Shown: positions 24,270 through 37,611 of the stretch, piece by piece
How the letters are laid out: each line of letters starts with the position of its first letter
How positions within the stretch are numbered: the first letter of the stretch is position 1
Assembly (NCBI GenBank): GCA_964016885.1
Contig: OZ024755.1
Span: 744,001-808,000, forward strand
Origin: Eledone cirrhosa
Taxonomy: Eukaryota
Reading direction: 5' to 3'
Length of the DNA: 64,000 nucleotides
The notes under the pieces: model-generated
What the model was told of the DNA's origin: nothing
The model's input: only the letters and a program-made list of their open reading frames with translations
The model's database searches: none
Made by a program: the position numbers and the translations under genes

Positions 24270-27200
24270 TACAATCACCTGATCAACTTCTAGTTACACT
24301 GGAGGTATATCACAACTTGTTGAATAATTCTTGAGAGAGAAACAAAAAAATATTAATTTCATGTGTAACTTCCTCTTCTTAAACAGTACTTCGTCTTTCT
24401 TTCTCTCTTTCTCTCTTTCTTTCTTTCTTCTTCACCTTCTTCTTCTTCTTAAATAATAAAAAAATAAAGAAATTATTATTATTGTGTGTGTGAGATGTAC
24501 ACACATACACACACACACACACTTACACACACATACACACACTTACACACATACACACATACACACATACACACACACACTTACACACTCACACACACAC
24601 AATTACTTTCTGTATCCAACTCAGGTAATAAAAAAACTTGTGACCTTTGGTCATTTTATTTTTTGTTGCTATTTCTGCAACAATGGTGATAAATGTTTGT
24701 TTTTCTTTTTTACACACACATCCACAAACAAACACACACACATACACATGCTGACATACACACACATATACACGCACATGCTGACATACACATATTCATG
24801 CACAAACACATGTATACACACACATATACATATTCATACATATACAAACATATATATGTGAGTGTTTGCTTGTGTGTGTGTGTTTGTACCAAAGAAGGAA
24901 AAAAATAAAAGTGTCCAGAAATAGAATTCCAATAACTCCCAAACAATGTAATGGTCCATGTAGCGGGATACAAGGAAAAAAGGTCAAAACTGTGTTAGAA
25001 ATTGAAATATTTTGTCTGTCTCTTTTATTGTAGTGTAAAGTAATAACGGTAAAGATGAGAGTAAAAAGATGTTAATCAGTTGCTATTGTGTTTTATAACA
25101 CCAGGCATATACTTTGATGTGACAATATCTTGTCAATACACATTCTACTCTCATAAATAATCATTCTATATTGATGTCTGCTTTTTTTTTACTGTGGACA
25201 CTGGCATGGCTACATGGTTAAGATGTTTGTTTTGCAATCACAAGATTCTGTGTTTGATCCAGTGCTGGACTTACCTGTAAGGTAAATAAGCTATAGCTTG
25301 GGCCTAACACCTTCAAGGGCCTCAGGGTAGCCAGTGCTGGACTTACCTATACAGTTAATAAGCTATAGTTTAGTGTAACAACTCGCACCTGTGCAGGTTT
25401 AGCTGGCCTCCTCCAAGGTATATCTCGCTGGAGGTGTCTTGGGTAATTTTAATGATAGGGACCCCAGTCCTATCATCTCATTTCTACAGCTGAGTAAACT
25501 GGAGCAACGTGAAATAAAGTGCCTTGCTTAGGGTCACAAGGGGTTCGGAAGACCCTTCAGTTTGTGTCAAAAGACACAACTTCTCCTCTGCACTCGATAA
25601 TGACTTTACATAAGCAGGATGCAGAGCCCCTCAGCCTGTCTAGAAAGTCAGTAGCCCTGCTTCAGTACTGACTTAGTCTATGTAGATCTGTCCAACCCTT
25701 GCTAGCAGTGAAAGCAGACGTCAAATTATGTTGATGCTAATGATGATGATGATATTGTAAAAGTAAGAAATTGATTTCCATTAAATTTCATTATACATAT
25801 TCCCAACAAAGAAGAGATCAGAGTTTGATCTAAGATTAAACAGAAAATAGAGAATAAATTTACTGTGATACGGTTATTTGTCCTGAATCAATCTAAACTA
25901 CCTTTGAGCTTTCATTTATAAATTAAACTGGACTTTTCTTCAAAGACGTTTGACCAATTGATTGAGCTGGGGTTAGAAACCTATATTTTACATCAAAAGA
26001 CTGCAATTCATTTAATCAAGATCTTTTTCATTCTCATGCTAAAATGTTCATTATATACACCAAAATGTACTGCAAGAATTAATTAAAAACATAATTGCTT
26101 TTTTGGGGGACATTTGCATGCAATCTATAAGTTATTAATTATCTTAATTAACCGAGACATCATTATGAGAATGACTGAATGAAAATGGAGGACTATGGAT
26201 TGGTAGTTAAATAGTTAGCAGACTACAAGTAGTTCTTAAGAGTCTCTGTGGGGCTAGGTTTATAGGGGAAACAGATAGGGTGACTGTACCCTCAAGATCT
26301 AAGTCAAGTCCTGAGTCTCTTAGAATAGGAGTTTAAGGAAAATTGAATTTTAAAAAAAAGGCACTTTTAACTATTTTGATGCCAAATTGAACTAATACTG
26401 GTTCTATGATTCAAAACTGTTTTAAAATGTTTATATTTATCTAAAAAGATCCCATCTTAATATTGTTGGGGATGGTCATGTTGCCAGTATTGACAAATAT
26501 AACCATATCGGTTCCAACACAAGATTCAAGAATCTTGTAAAACAAATACATAAACATAATTCCATCTTCATCTATGTAAGAACCTTGGTTAAGTTATGTT
26601 CCACACACCAGCTTACTAATGAAATAAAAAGTTATATTACTAAATCGATCTAAACTCTTGATTGTCTTTTAAAATAATTAAAAATATGTCAATGAAAGGA
26701 TTAATTTAAATACATACTTACTGATATGTTTCGTGTTTCTTGTGAGAAACATTTGCAACAGACGAAACATTTGTCTGCAACACAGTTTCTTGTTTTAATT
26801 AAAATTCCTTGAAACATTGCCATTTTTTGTTTATTGAATTAGAAACTTGATTTTGGCATGATATATTCAGCCACTTAGAAGTTAGTTTAATAGCTTTCAT
26901 TACATGCTGAATCTCCCTGAGAATTATATTAAGAATATATATATATATGTACCTGTGGATTACTCAGTCACTTTGGCAAGTTCCATTAATGAAACATATG
27001 AAACAATTATCGTTGAAATTGCCTGAGGTCCATTTACTTCAATAAATTCTTCAGTGTACACCAGAGATTATGAATGTTATGTGAAAGACAACCCTGATAT
27101 CCAACAAATTAAACAAGATGATATATTTATTGTGTAAAATAAGATGAAATTCTTCACAATTATAGAAATTTAATCAGTTTAAATAGTTCAGTAACCAACA

Positions 27201-27463
27201 GAAAATAATTTTGTCTATAAATAAATTTTGTTAAACACGTCACTGATGTGAATGTTAGTGTAACGCTTGGCATTATTGCCAATTGATTGGTTAAGCTAAT
27301 TTTATTTGCTTGACAAGAACAGAAATATAGGAATGGTATGGAGTTGACCAATTCGCTGTAGTTTCTGGCTTTCAAACAAATTAACCCTCAACGGATAACT
27401 TTTATAGATTTTAAACTACAAAACATCAATGATCTAATGATAGTCGTTGCCCACTCATCTATT

Positions 27464-27692
27464 TTAACCCTTTAGCATTTACATTACTCTATATATACTA
27501 TTATATTTTCACGGTAAAGGTTTTACCTCACATAATTATCTTGCATAATATCGAATCTATGAGATTTTGATATTATTTATTTTGAGAACAATACCTTAAC
27601 ATCAGTATGAGCAGCCAGTTATAGCCATTTTGAACAGAAAGAGGTGAGAAAATTCTGGCCGGATATGGCCGGTTTAAATGTTAAAGGGTTAA
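27464..27692. mobile_element. piggyBac-type MITE
   Basis: TTAA|CCCTTTAGCATTTA ... TAAATGTTAAAGGG|TTAA. Confidence 0.88.
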
Positions 27693-27705
27693 TACACAGT
27701 ATAAA

Positions 27706-27948
27706 GTAAAGGGTAAAGACCCCTTCGGTCATGAAAGTTTTTCCCCTGAGGCACAAAGCCTGGGCAAGGTGTTTTTTAGGAAAACCAGCAGTTGCCCATG
27801 CATACATGCCTCACCTCTCACTGCCACTGATGTTGCCCAAGGAAAGAGAATGGCTGATACATCTTGGCACCAGTGACGTCACAACTCATTCCTCCAGCTG
27901 AGTGAACTGGAGCAATGTGAAATAAAGTGTCTTGTTCAAGGACATAAT
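27706..27948 (-). mobile_element. SINE family 2 body and tail
   Basis: Reverse complement has CORE-like TGTCCTTGAACAAGACACTTTATTTCACATTGCTCCAGTTCACTCAGCTG and ends in CTTTACCCTTTAC. Confidence 0.7.
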
Positions 27949-28809
27949 ACATCATCATCATCATTTTTATGTCCATTTTTCCATGCTTGCATGGGTTGGA
28001 TTGGTCCTATTCAGCTCAGCATCTCTCCACACATCATCACCCTACTTCATCTCCTCTGTGAGTTTCAGCAATTTTAGAAATATATTAACGAATGGGCTAA
28101 GATTATAAGTTATAATTTGAGGGAGATTTAGTTTCTATTATTAACTAAAGAGCCTTGAGAGTATTTCCTTTGCAGTGTAGTAATGAGAAGGTAAAGGGCC
28201 AAAATGAGGCATTCGGAGAGGTTGGAAATGAAAGAAGATGCAGAATATCAGAAAAAATAAACTAAACTAAACATCTGTACTGGTTGTATTTGAATGAGAT
28301 AAACATGACAACAACGAAGATGAAAGACCAGTGAATATAAGAACAGGTAGAGAAGAAGTCACTGTAAGTATAGGTAGAGAAGTCAACAGAAGAAGATGAT
28401 TTAAAAGATAAGAACTAGCATAAAAATAATGATATATAAGAACTGAAGATGATGAAAGAAGATATCCTTTTCAACTTAGCTTTCTGCCTTCACTTATTTT
28501 GATGTATCTCATTAGTTTTATGCATCTAACTTGACCACATCAAGACTTGATACATCATGGACGTTTGGGCACAGCTTCTACTTCTTAAACAGAAGTACAG
28601 CAAATACACACTTCCACTCTTGCACAATTATATACACTTATATATCTGATCATGTGTAGGTGTTCTCATATACACATATATATATACACACATATATATA
28701 TACATATTTATACATATTTATACACACATATATATATACATATTTATACATATTTATACACACATATATATATACATATTTATACATATTTATACACATA
28801 TATATATAC

Positions 28810-28865
<56 letters not shown>

Positions 28866-28907
28866 CCGACCTATGTCAGCATGGAAAGATGAACGTTAAA
28901 ACGATGA

Positions 28908-28941
<34 letters not shown>

Positions 28942-29429
28942 GTGTGTGTGTGTGTCGGTGTAAACTGTTGTTATATATAGGCAGTATAGAAAAGGTCATG
29001 TACATGTTGTTGTTGTTTAACAACAGGTCAGCTCTGATCATGCAGACTTATGATCAAAAGGATTTCCAGTTGTAATGATCTTGTGTTGTTTTTGTTTGTT
29101 TCTTTGTTTTGTTTGTTATTTGTTGTTGTTTCTTAGGCATGGTATATTTAGGACTACATTATCCAGTGTAGCATTATCTTTTTATAAGACATTAGGATGT
29201 TTTGGAGGGAGATTTAGCTGCTGTTTCAAGGGGTTTCTCCACATACAGACAACCACAAGTATTTTGAGGCCATTTTCTCCTGTTAAATCTAGAGTTACCC
29301 TTTCACATCATCAACTCCTCCCTTTCATCATCATCTTTAATCTTGTCTTTCTTAGTCTTCCTCTTCCTCTAATTCCTTCCACATTAATTTCTAATCTTCT
29401 CTCTTAAACTCTACTTCTGATTCCTCTTA

Positions 29430-29620
29430 AACCCAGTTTTTCTCTCGTTCATCCAAGCTCTGTTCTTCTCTCACATTAACATTACACATCCATCAAAGCA
29501 TGCTTGCTTCATTTCTCTCCAGCCTAGACATGTCTTCTGCAATCATTGCCTATGTTTCTCTTGTCAAGCAACATCATACTTCGAACTGAGGCATCAAACA
29601 GCCATCCTTTCATTTGTATG
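29430..29620 (-). mobile_element. Degenerate RTE fragment
   Basis: Minus frame AMIAEDMSRLERNEASML*WMCNVNVRE matches the RTE at 5161-5658. Confidence 0.75.
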
Positions 29621-32600
29621 GTGAAATATTTGTATATGTTTGAACTGCTGATTATTACCCAGAGTACAGAGTATGTAATAGAAAATTAAAATACAGCAAT
29701 TATTAGAAATGAAGCAATGCAGGAAAAGAACCATGAAAACAGCTTTAGAAAATTAGGTAAAGTATCTCTATGGACAGATAAAGTGGTGAGAAGCTGCAAT
29801 CATCGATAGGAAGCTTGAAAATATAACATGTGATGTATATATTAGAACTGCTAAATATTAGCCAGGGAAAATATATTGTGTATCTATTTAATATTCCTTT
29901 TATTCTTATTGTAGTCCAACAGATATGAATGTCGACATTCTTAATGTTTAAATTTCCTCTCCTCTGTTGTGTAGGGTGCATATACCTCATTCTACACCTC
30001 CTGCATCTCATGTGTAGGGTGTATACACTCCATTCTACACCCGCCCCTCATTCCCACATGTAGGGTGTATACACTCTGTTTCTGCTCTTCCCCACCCCAC
30101 TACATCCTATGTTGTACGCAAACCTTTTCATTTGCTGTGTTTCTGTGTGTGTATGTGCGGGTATGTGTGTTTCTGTGTGTGTGTGCGGGTATGTGTTTCT
30201 GTGTGTTTCTGTGTGTGTGTGTGTGTGTGTGCGCGGGTATGTGTGTTTCTGTGTGTGTCTGTGGGGGTATGTGTGTTTCTGTGTGTGTGTGCGGGTATGT
30301 GTTTCTGTGTATGTGTATATTCATGAGTGTATGTCTACATGTGACACACTCATAAGTAAAGGGGTTTATGGATGTGTGTAGTTCTGTTGAGTCCAGAGAG
30401 GGGGGGGGTATTAATAGTAAGAATAACAACTACAACAACAACACCAATAATAATAACACTAATATCAACAACAATAGTAATAATAATGATGATGATGATG
30501 ACAACAGCAATAATAATAATAATAATGATCATGGTGATGATGATGGTAATGGTGATAAAGAAATGGCTTCAAAGAAAAAGAGGTAGCTATACAAGATGAA
30601 AACAGGGAGAGGGAGAAAGGGAGAGATCTTTATTGTAAGTTGCCGCTGATTTTTTTGCTTTCATAGGAAAATTCTCGAGGATTTTCTTCGTGTCTCATCA
30701 GTATTGAAGTGTAAACCAATAAGAAGCCACTAAAGCTCAAGGGATATGTTCACAGGAAGTAGAAAGACTTTACATGAATATATATTCAGTTGGAGATAAC
30801 AGGATGTTCTCTACAAGTTCCAAGCAGTACAGAATATGAGATTTTGGGCAGTTTTTTTCATTAAATATATAACATTTTCAGATAATATAAGTGCTGTTAG
30901 TTTTATGGGAGGTCATGAAGTAATTTTGAAGGATCCTTTAATCGGATTACCTAGTGGTAAGAGTGTTGGACTTACAATCATAATGTCATGGGTTCGATTC
31001 TTGGACTGGGGGTTAATATTTATCTAAAAGCTTTCCATCATAATGATCTAAGAGTCATTCTTAAGTTATGTTTCAAACACCAAATAAATATTGAGAAAGT
31101 TAATTATTTTAACTAAATCTCTTCAAATTCTCGATTATTTTCAAAGTTATTTGAAAATCATAGACTGTGTCTTCCATTAGAAATATTGTAACGAAAGGAT
31201 TATTTGTTTATTTATTTATTCAATTTAAACATCCGTATAGAGCTAGTAAGCCATGACAGCCAGAGGGAAGATATAGTTAACATTGCTATTTGGTGAGCTC
31301 AAAATATTGCTAATGTAATCTCTCAACAAACCAAACTTCTACAGACTAGCATTCTATCCTAAGATGTGTCTCGCATCCATTTATAGAAGCCTAGGAAATC
31401 ACTGAAGTCTGCCAACTTGACTAAGAAAACAAAAAGAAAATATATGATTCTTTTCAAAATTATTCTTGTTAGTACCACCCTTGCAAGCAGGGAAAAGCAA
31501 ACGTAAAATGATGATGATGATGATGAGTACATCACTTTGGATGGAGGAATCCCACTATAGGTCAACAGCCGTATAGTCAATTAGTTAAATGTTGTTCACT
31601 AAAGATATTCTAAATTGCTTATTACATAGCAAGTAATTCGCAACTGCCAGAAACTTTATTATATTTTGTATATTTTATGTAATATTGTCCATTATTTTAT
31701 CTCTAATTATATAAAGGAGAAACAATTTCATTTTCTAGTTAAGCTACCAAGACTATATTTATTTCAAATTAGGATTTCTATAAGAAATAATAAAAACAAA
31801 AAAACAAGAACAACAAACGTATCATGGAAATGGTTTTATGATTGTTCTCACCTCGTGTCAGTTCTTCATCTAAAATAGCAGATTTACTTCATTCTCAGAA
31901 GAACTGTCATTTCTAGAAGACAGATTCTATCATTGATACCAATTATCTTTGAATATGTCTTGTCACCTAGCACAGCTTATTTATCTTTAGTGCTAACAGA
32001 AAATATACTTTACTTAAAAACAGGATATTTTCTAAGATGTCAGATTATGAAAGATAATAGTTTTGGGGTTTTTTTTAATATAAAAATACACAAGGTTATA
32101 GATTTAAAGGAGAAAGAAAGGAAATATTGTAATATTTAAACTTGTCTTTGGGAGCTAGCAACATAAATAAAATTATGATTTCTATAACTAGGAATGGACA
32201 CTGTTATATATTTCCACTCTATTACATCTTTATAACAATGTGGCTGTTTGATCTGCTAGAAATAGCGTCTCCTGTAAATTGGTTGATAAACAACACAGAG
32301 TAGAGATGACTCCTTAGTTTTACCGAGGACATCACACTAAATACTCTTGCCAAATCCAATCCATCTTCTTCATTCAACATATCTTCTTGGTAACAAAACG
32401 TTTTCACACTTTCCATCATTCCCAAGACCCAACTGAAAATTCTGTCTATCTATAGCACCCCCTCTCTCTTCTCTCGCCCTCTCTCTTCATTCACACATCA
32501 GACTTAAATGTAGCTGCCACATTATTTAATGATTCTTTCACACAAACATTAAATATAAACAATAAATAATTGTAGTAATATTGTAGACATAAATTTTCTC

Positions 32601-32679
32601 AAAAATATTCTCTTTATATTTTATTTATAGTAACAAACAATTTCAAGTGTTTGATACTAAATAATCCAAGACAAGTTGG

Positions 32680-32860
32680 ATAGTATCGGTAGAGAGTCGG
32701 ACGCCATGCTTTGATGCATAGAGTTACGGCCCTTACCATTCTGAGTTCAAATCCCGCCGAGGTTTACTTTGCCTTTCATCCTTACGGGGTCGATAAAATA
32801 AAGTACCAGTAATGCACTGGGTAATTTGCTGGCCTTGTGCCTAAAGTAGAAACAATTATT
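32680..32860 (+). mobile_element. SINE family 1, near full length
   Basis: Head, B box GAGTTCAAATCC, core and tail are all present. Confidence 0.9.
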
Positions 32861-33140
32861 TATTAAAGAAGAGATAATTTATTTTGATATCAACTTACCC
32901 CAAAACCACTTCTGGTTCTATGAAACAAAACCTCTATTTTAAAGGGTTCACATTTCAATTAAAATCTTCCAACATAATTTGATATCAGAACCTTTTGTTA
33001 AGTTATGTTATAACATATCATCTAAATAGAGGTTTCTCATTTAGAGACAATGCCAACAATTGGGGCGGGAGGGGGGGGGGGGGACTCGATTAATTCGGCC
33101 CCAGTGCATTACTGGTACTTAATTTTATCCTTAAATCCTA

Positions 33141-33388
33141 AATTTATTAAAACTTTTAATTATTTCATTATTTAGATGGTATTAGGGAAATAAATTGGCA
33201 GAATTGGTAGAGCATCAGACAATATGCTTTGTGGCATAGAGTTACATCTCTTTATGTTCTGAGTTCAAATCCCGCTGAACTCAGAACATAAAGAGATGTA
33301 ACTCTATACCACAAAGCATATTGTCTGATGTTCTACCAATTGTGCCAATTTATTGCCCTAATGAAATAATTAAAGGTTTTAATAAATT
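33141..33388. repeat. Fold-back inverted duplication of a SINE head plus its flank
   Basis: Arms 33141-33267 and 33276-33388, 8-nt loop AATCCCGC. Confidence 0.92.
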
Positions 33389-34181
33389 CTTCATAAGGTA
33401 ATCGAAATATAATAGAAATATGGTAATGAAAGAGTTAATGACATAGACAGTGTATTCCATTAAGAATATGGTAATGAAAGAGTTAATGAGCTGAAATCAA
33501 GGTAAAAGATCAACTTTGATTCTATGACAGGAATTTCAAATAACACAGAATTTACAAAGAGTATTTATAAAAGTCTGCATGAAGGGGTGTAGCCCCTAGC
33601 TATTCAGTTGGGATTGAAATCCAGTGTCTTGTGACCGCAACAGTAATTACAGTCTTGTGACAGTAATTGTAGTCTCATGATTGCAACTGCAATATTTGTC
33701 TTGTGACTGCAACTAAAAATTGCAATTTTGTGACGACAACTGTAATATCATCACTCACATGATTGAAATAGCAATAGTAAACATGTGATTTAAGTTCAAG
33801 AAAAGTGTGCGCCTGCACTAGATGTACTTTTTATAAGATCATGTGCAAAACATAGAGGTTTTTACCTTTGAGGATTCAGGAAAGGACAAACTATTCATAA
33901 AATTGATTCCACTTTTTCTGTTCAACAAAGTTCTTGATGAATAAATAACATTTACTATTAATCAACATCTTCCCTTCCTCTCCCCCTTTCTCTCTCTCCT
34001 TCTCTCCCACACACAAATTTATGCATGCACACACGTGTGCACACATATCGGTGCATACATATGTGTGTATACACACTTATGTATGCACCCCCCCTCCCAC
34101 ACACACACACATGTATGCATGCACATAGCATTTTTATCAGTTTTTGTTTTTTAAATGCATTCTCCCAAATCTACCTCCATG

Positions 34182-34224
<43 letters not shown>

Positions 34225-34436
34225 CCTCTATTTCTCAACATTTCTTACATTCCTTTCTTCTTATATGTAATTAAATAGCTCTGTACAATACATAGAGCAC
34301 TCTTCTTTCCTTTACCTTCTCTACGGAAATACATAACACACACACACACATATATATATATAATAATAATAATAATAATACAAGGACGATTGATTAAGCC
34401 TTCATTATGTTTATTGATTGGATATGTATATATATA

Positions 34437-34948
34437 AATAATAATAATAATGAAATTATTGTGTACAGTGCTCAGGTGCACTACAACTCATCAAAGGTGC
34501 ATATATAGTACATAGAATAATATACAAATGTCAGGGAAGTGAATAGTGTATGAGTCATGATATACATGTGTGTATGTGTATGGAGGGGGAATATTAGGTG
34601 TAGTGTTGGTGAATTTCAGGCAGTATGGTGGTTATAAAGGATGCAGTGTCCCGACAGCTAACAACTGATGCAGGGAGTTTGTTCCATGCTTCAGCAACTC
34701 TGAGTGTGAAAAAATGTTTCCGAAAGTCATGGGAACTGTGCTATTTTCTGACTTTTGGGGCATGTCCACGTGTGTTAGACACATGGAAATCAAAAAGGTA
34801 CTCAGGGTTGTTTTTGGCAAGATGGTTAATAATTTTGTGGGTGTTTACCAAGTCAGTTGCCAGGCGTCGGAGCTTCAATGTATCCATGCCCAGGGAAGCA
34901 AGGGGCTCAGAGTATGGTAGATGCCTGATAGAGGGTATTCGCTTGGTG
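34437..34948 (-). mobile_element. CR1-type LINE 3' end
   Basis: TKRIPSIRHLPYSEPLASLGMDTLKLRRLATDL...TRGHAPKVRK*HSSHDFRKHFFTLRVAEAWNKLP, followed by a 3' UTR and (ATT)n tail. Confidence 0.88.
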
Positions 34949-35733
34949 CGTGTGCATACATATGCCATCTAAACCCATGCTAGCATGGAAGATAGACGTT
35001 AAACGATGATGATGATGATATATATAAGTTCATAACAACACTACTAACAAATCTGTTGTCAAATGTTACAAGAAACTCAATTCATCTACTTTAGAATCAG
35101 AGATTAATTATTTTGAATTAGAAAATAAATACATGCAAAATCCCTTAGCGAATATATGTGTGTGTGTATCAATTGTATGTGTGTCTGTGTCTATTGCACA
35201 TCTGTGTGTATTATGTGTAATTTGTGTGTGTAATTTGTGTGTATATGTCTAATATAGAGGCTGATCATAGTGCCAAAAACAAATGAAAGTCATTGAATGT
35301 GGCCATATATCTTATTCCATTTGTATGAATTGAATGGAACAAAATATTATATATATATATATATGTATATATATATGTATATATATATACATCATCATCA
35401 TTACCATTATCATTTAACTTAAAATCCATTTTTCATTGGCAAGCAAGCTAGCTATAGCTGAAGAGCTAGAATAAAATAAATTATACTCCACTTATATATA
35501 TATTTATATTTATATATATATATATATATATAGTAATTCATGTAAAGTTAAAGTCAAAAGTGTTGATCCCCCAATTTGTTGATATGCACTACCACTCATC
35601 TCTAAAGATCAAGCCACTGGATTGATTTACATAAATGCACTGTGTATATATATATTTATATATATACAGATGCATACAAACATGTATATATGTTCTTGTC
35701 TGATGACCCTGTTTAGCCTTAATAAAATATATA

Positions 35734-35885
35734 TAGGAAAAGAGTCAGGACCCCGACGGCTGAGCTCCGGCCGTTTCAACAGCTAGATCTGAACTGACTC
35801 TTTTCCTATTACCTACTCTACTACCCTAAATATCGAGTACTCTGGTGCATTATGGTCCACCTGGTTCCTTACCACACTTTCTTAT
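35734..35885 (+). mobile_element. Penelope-like pLTR remnant with inverted 5' extension (family of 7582)
   Basis: 15-bp IR TAGGAAAAGAGTCAG/CTGACTCTTTTCCTA. Minus strand reads GAAACGGC-CGGAGCTCA-GCCGTC-GGGGT. Downstream CTCTACTACCCTAA.TAT.GAGTACTCTG is shared with ~7695-7722. Confidence 0.6.
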
Positions 35886-35887
35886 AT

Positions 35888-36477
35888 ATTATGGCTGCTC
35901 GCTCGTTATCGAGTATGGCCATTGCACAATATACCATTATTAATAATTAGCAATTAATTCTATCGTGCAATGCCTGTGCGTGAAAAATATTTCTATAGTA
36001 AGGAAAGACTGTGCACTGAGCCAATCCCACTCTCTGAGCGACAGTAGCTATAACCCGAAAAGAAGAAAAGATCAACATCATCGGTAACTATTGAGCCACA
36101 GGTTTTATGTCGGAGTTATCCCAGTTTCCTGAGTTGCCTTCTCCTAGAAGAATGCCCTGACAAAGGCTAGGGGTCCTTCACTCCCAGTGGTTTAACCAAG
36201 CGATCGGGTATCCAGCACGACTATTTCTATGTCCCCACGCATATACATACACATGCACATGTGTATATACATATTTACACATTTTTGGATGGCTGTTGAC
36301 TCTTATGAGTTCTTCCGCCTTTTCTCAGGTTTTGTTTTTTTGTCCTGCATGGTGTCCAAAATCACCCTCCTCACCAAGTAAACTTGGTGGGGTTGCCAGT
36401 TTAGTCTCCGACGACCCGACCATGCGACAGGTTGTACTGGGTTATATGTTACCAGTAGCACTCAAGAGTGACCTGAC
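35888..36477 (-). mobile_element. Bipartite non-autonomous RTE, second variant
   Basis: Shares the 5' part and the terminal TACTCG..AACGAG...GCAGCCA with 14992-15527 but lacks the zinc-finger segment. Confidence 0.7.
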
Positions 36478-37441
36478 ATATATATATATATATATTATAT
36501 ATATAGATATATATATATATACATTTGTAACTAGTATTTTACAATGTAGTTACTGCAAGTCTTGCTCTGCCACTTTTCGCTAATGTTTTACTAAAACATA
36601 GAAAACAAGTGTAGGGGTGGGTGTAAAGTTGGTCACAATTCTATAATTCTTGATATCTACATCCCTTATATAGGTTTGTGCATTGTAATAAAACATTGAA
36701 CATAAACGGAGCGTTATCAGTTTTGACAATGATGATGATGATGGTGATGATGATTTGATGACGATGATATATATATATATATAAATATATATATAAATGT
36801 ATATATATATATATACATACATACATACATAATTATATATATATATATATATTTTATAGTTGAGACAGTAAACAAAAAACAGAAACACACCGTGGAAGCA
36901 AAGAGGCAGTACAAATATATATATATATATATATATATAGTCATTTACCATTGATTGTTCTACTCCTACTGGGCATATATATACACATACATACACATAT
37001 GCCTATATACACATACATATATATATTCTGAAATAGAAAGAAGACTAATGAAAATCTGAACAAGGATTAATTTCAACCAATTCAATGATGCAAAAAACAA
37101 TCTCAGCGCCAAACTCTCTCGTGCTTTCAGGCACACCTAAACAATAACAACAATAAAAATATATCAAACACTTTACAAAAAGAAAGTATATATAATAAGA
37201 AGTATATATATACTGGTGAAATATTTTCACTTTTGTTGTCTACTTGTCTGTTTATTTGAACGTATATATCTTCATTATATATTTGTGTTTAAGGCCTGTG
37301 TTTCATGTCTATGTGGGTACATGAGAGTAACTAGCTGTTGTTGTTGGGGTTTTTTCTGGATATTTATACATATTAATGTATATGTTGGTACGTGAGAATA
37401 ACAAGTTGTTTTGGTTTGTATTGTTGTTTTTTCTCTGTGTG

Positions 37442-37474
<33 letters not shown>

Positions 37475-37559
37475 TAATGTGTATGTTTATTTGAATGATT
37501 ATATTTATTATATATCAAAAGGAGCTTGAATATAATTGAGTGTCTGTCTGTTTGTGTTT

Positions 37560-37611
<52 letters not shown>

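Noticed and set aside
25380-25470. HDV-like ribozyme on the minus strand (CAC-CTCCAGC-GAG...GG...GCTAA)
   Set aside because: No P1 or P2 partner strands found; only a simple CCTCCA/TGGAGG hairpin is supported.
35700-35730. Hammerhead start CTGATGA
   Set aside because: No stem II or GAAA partner follows on the same strand.
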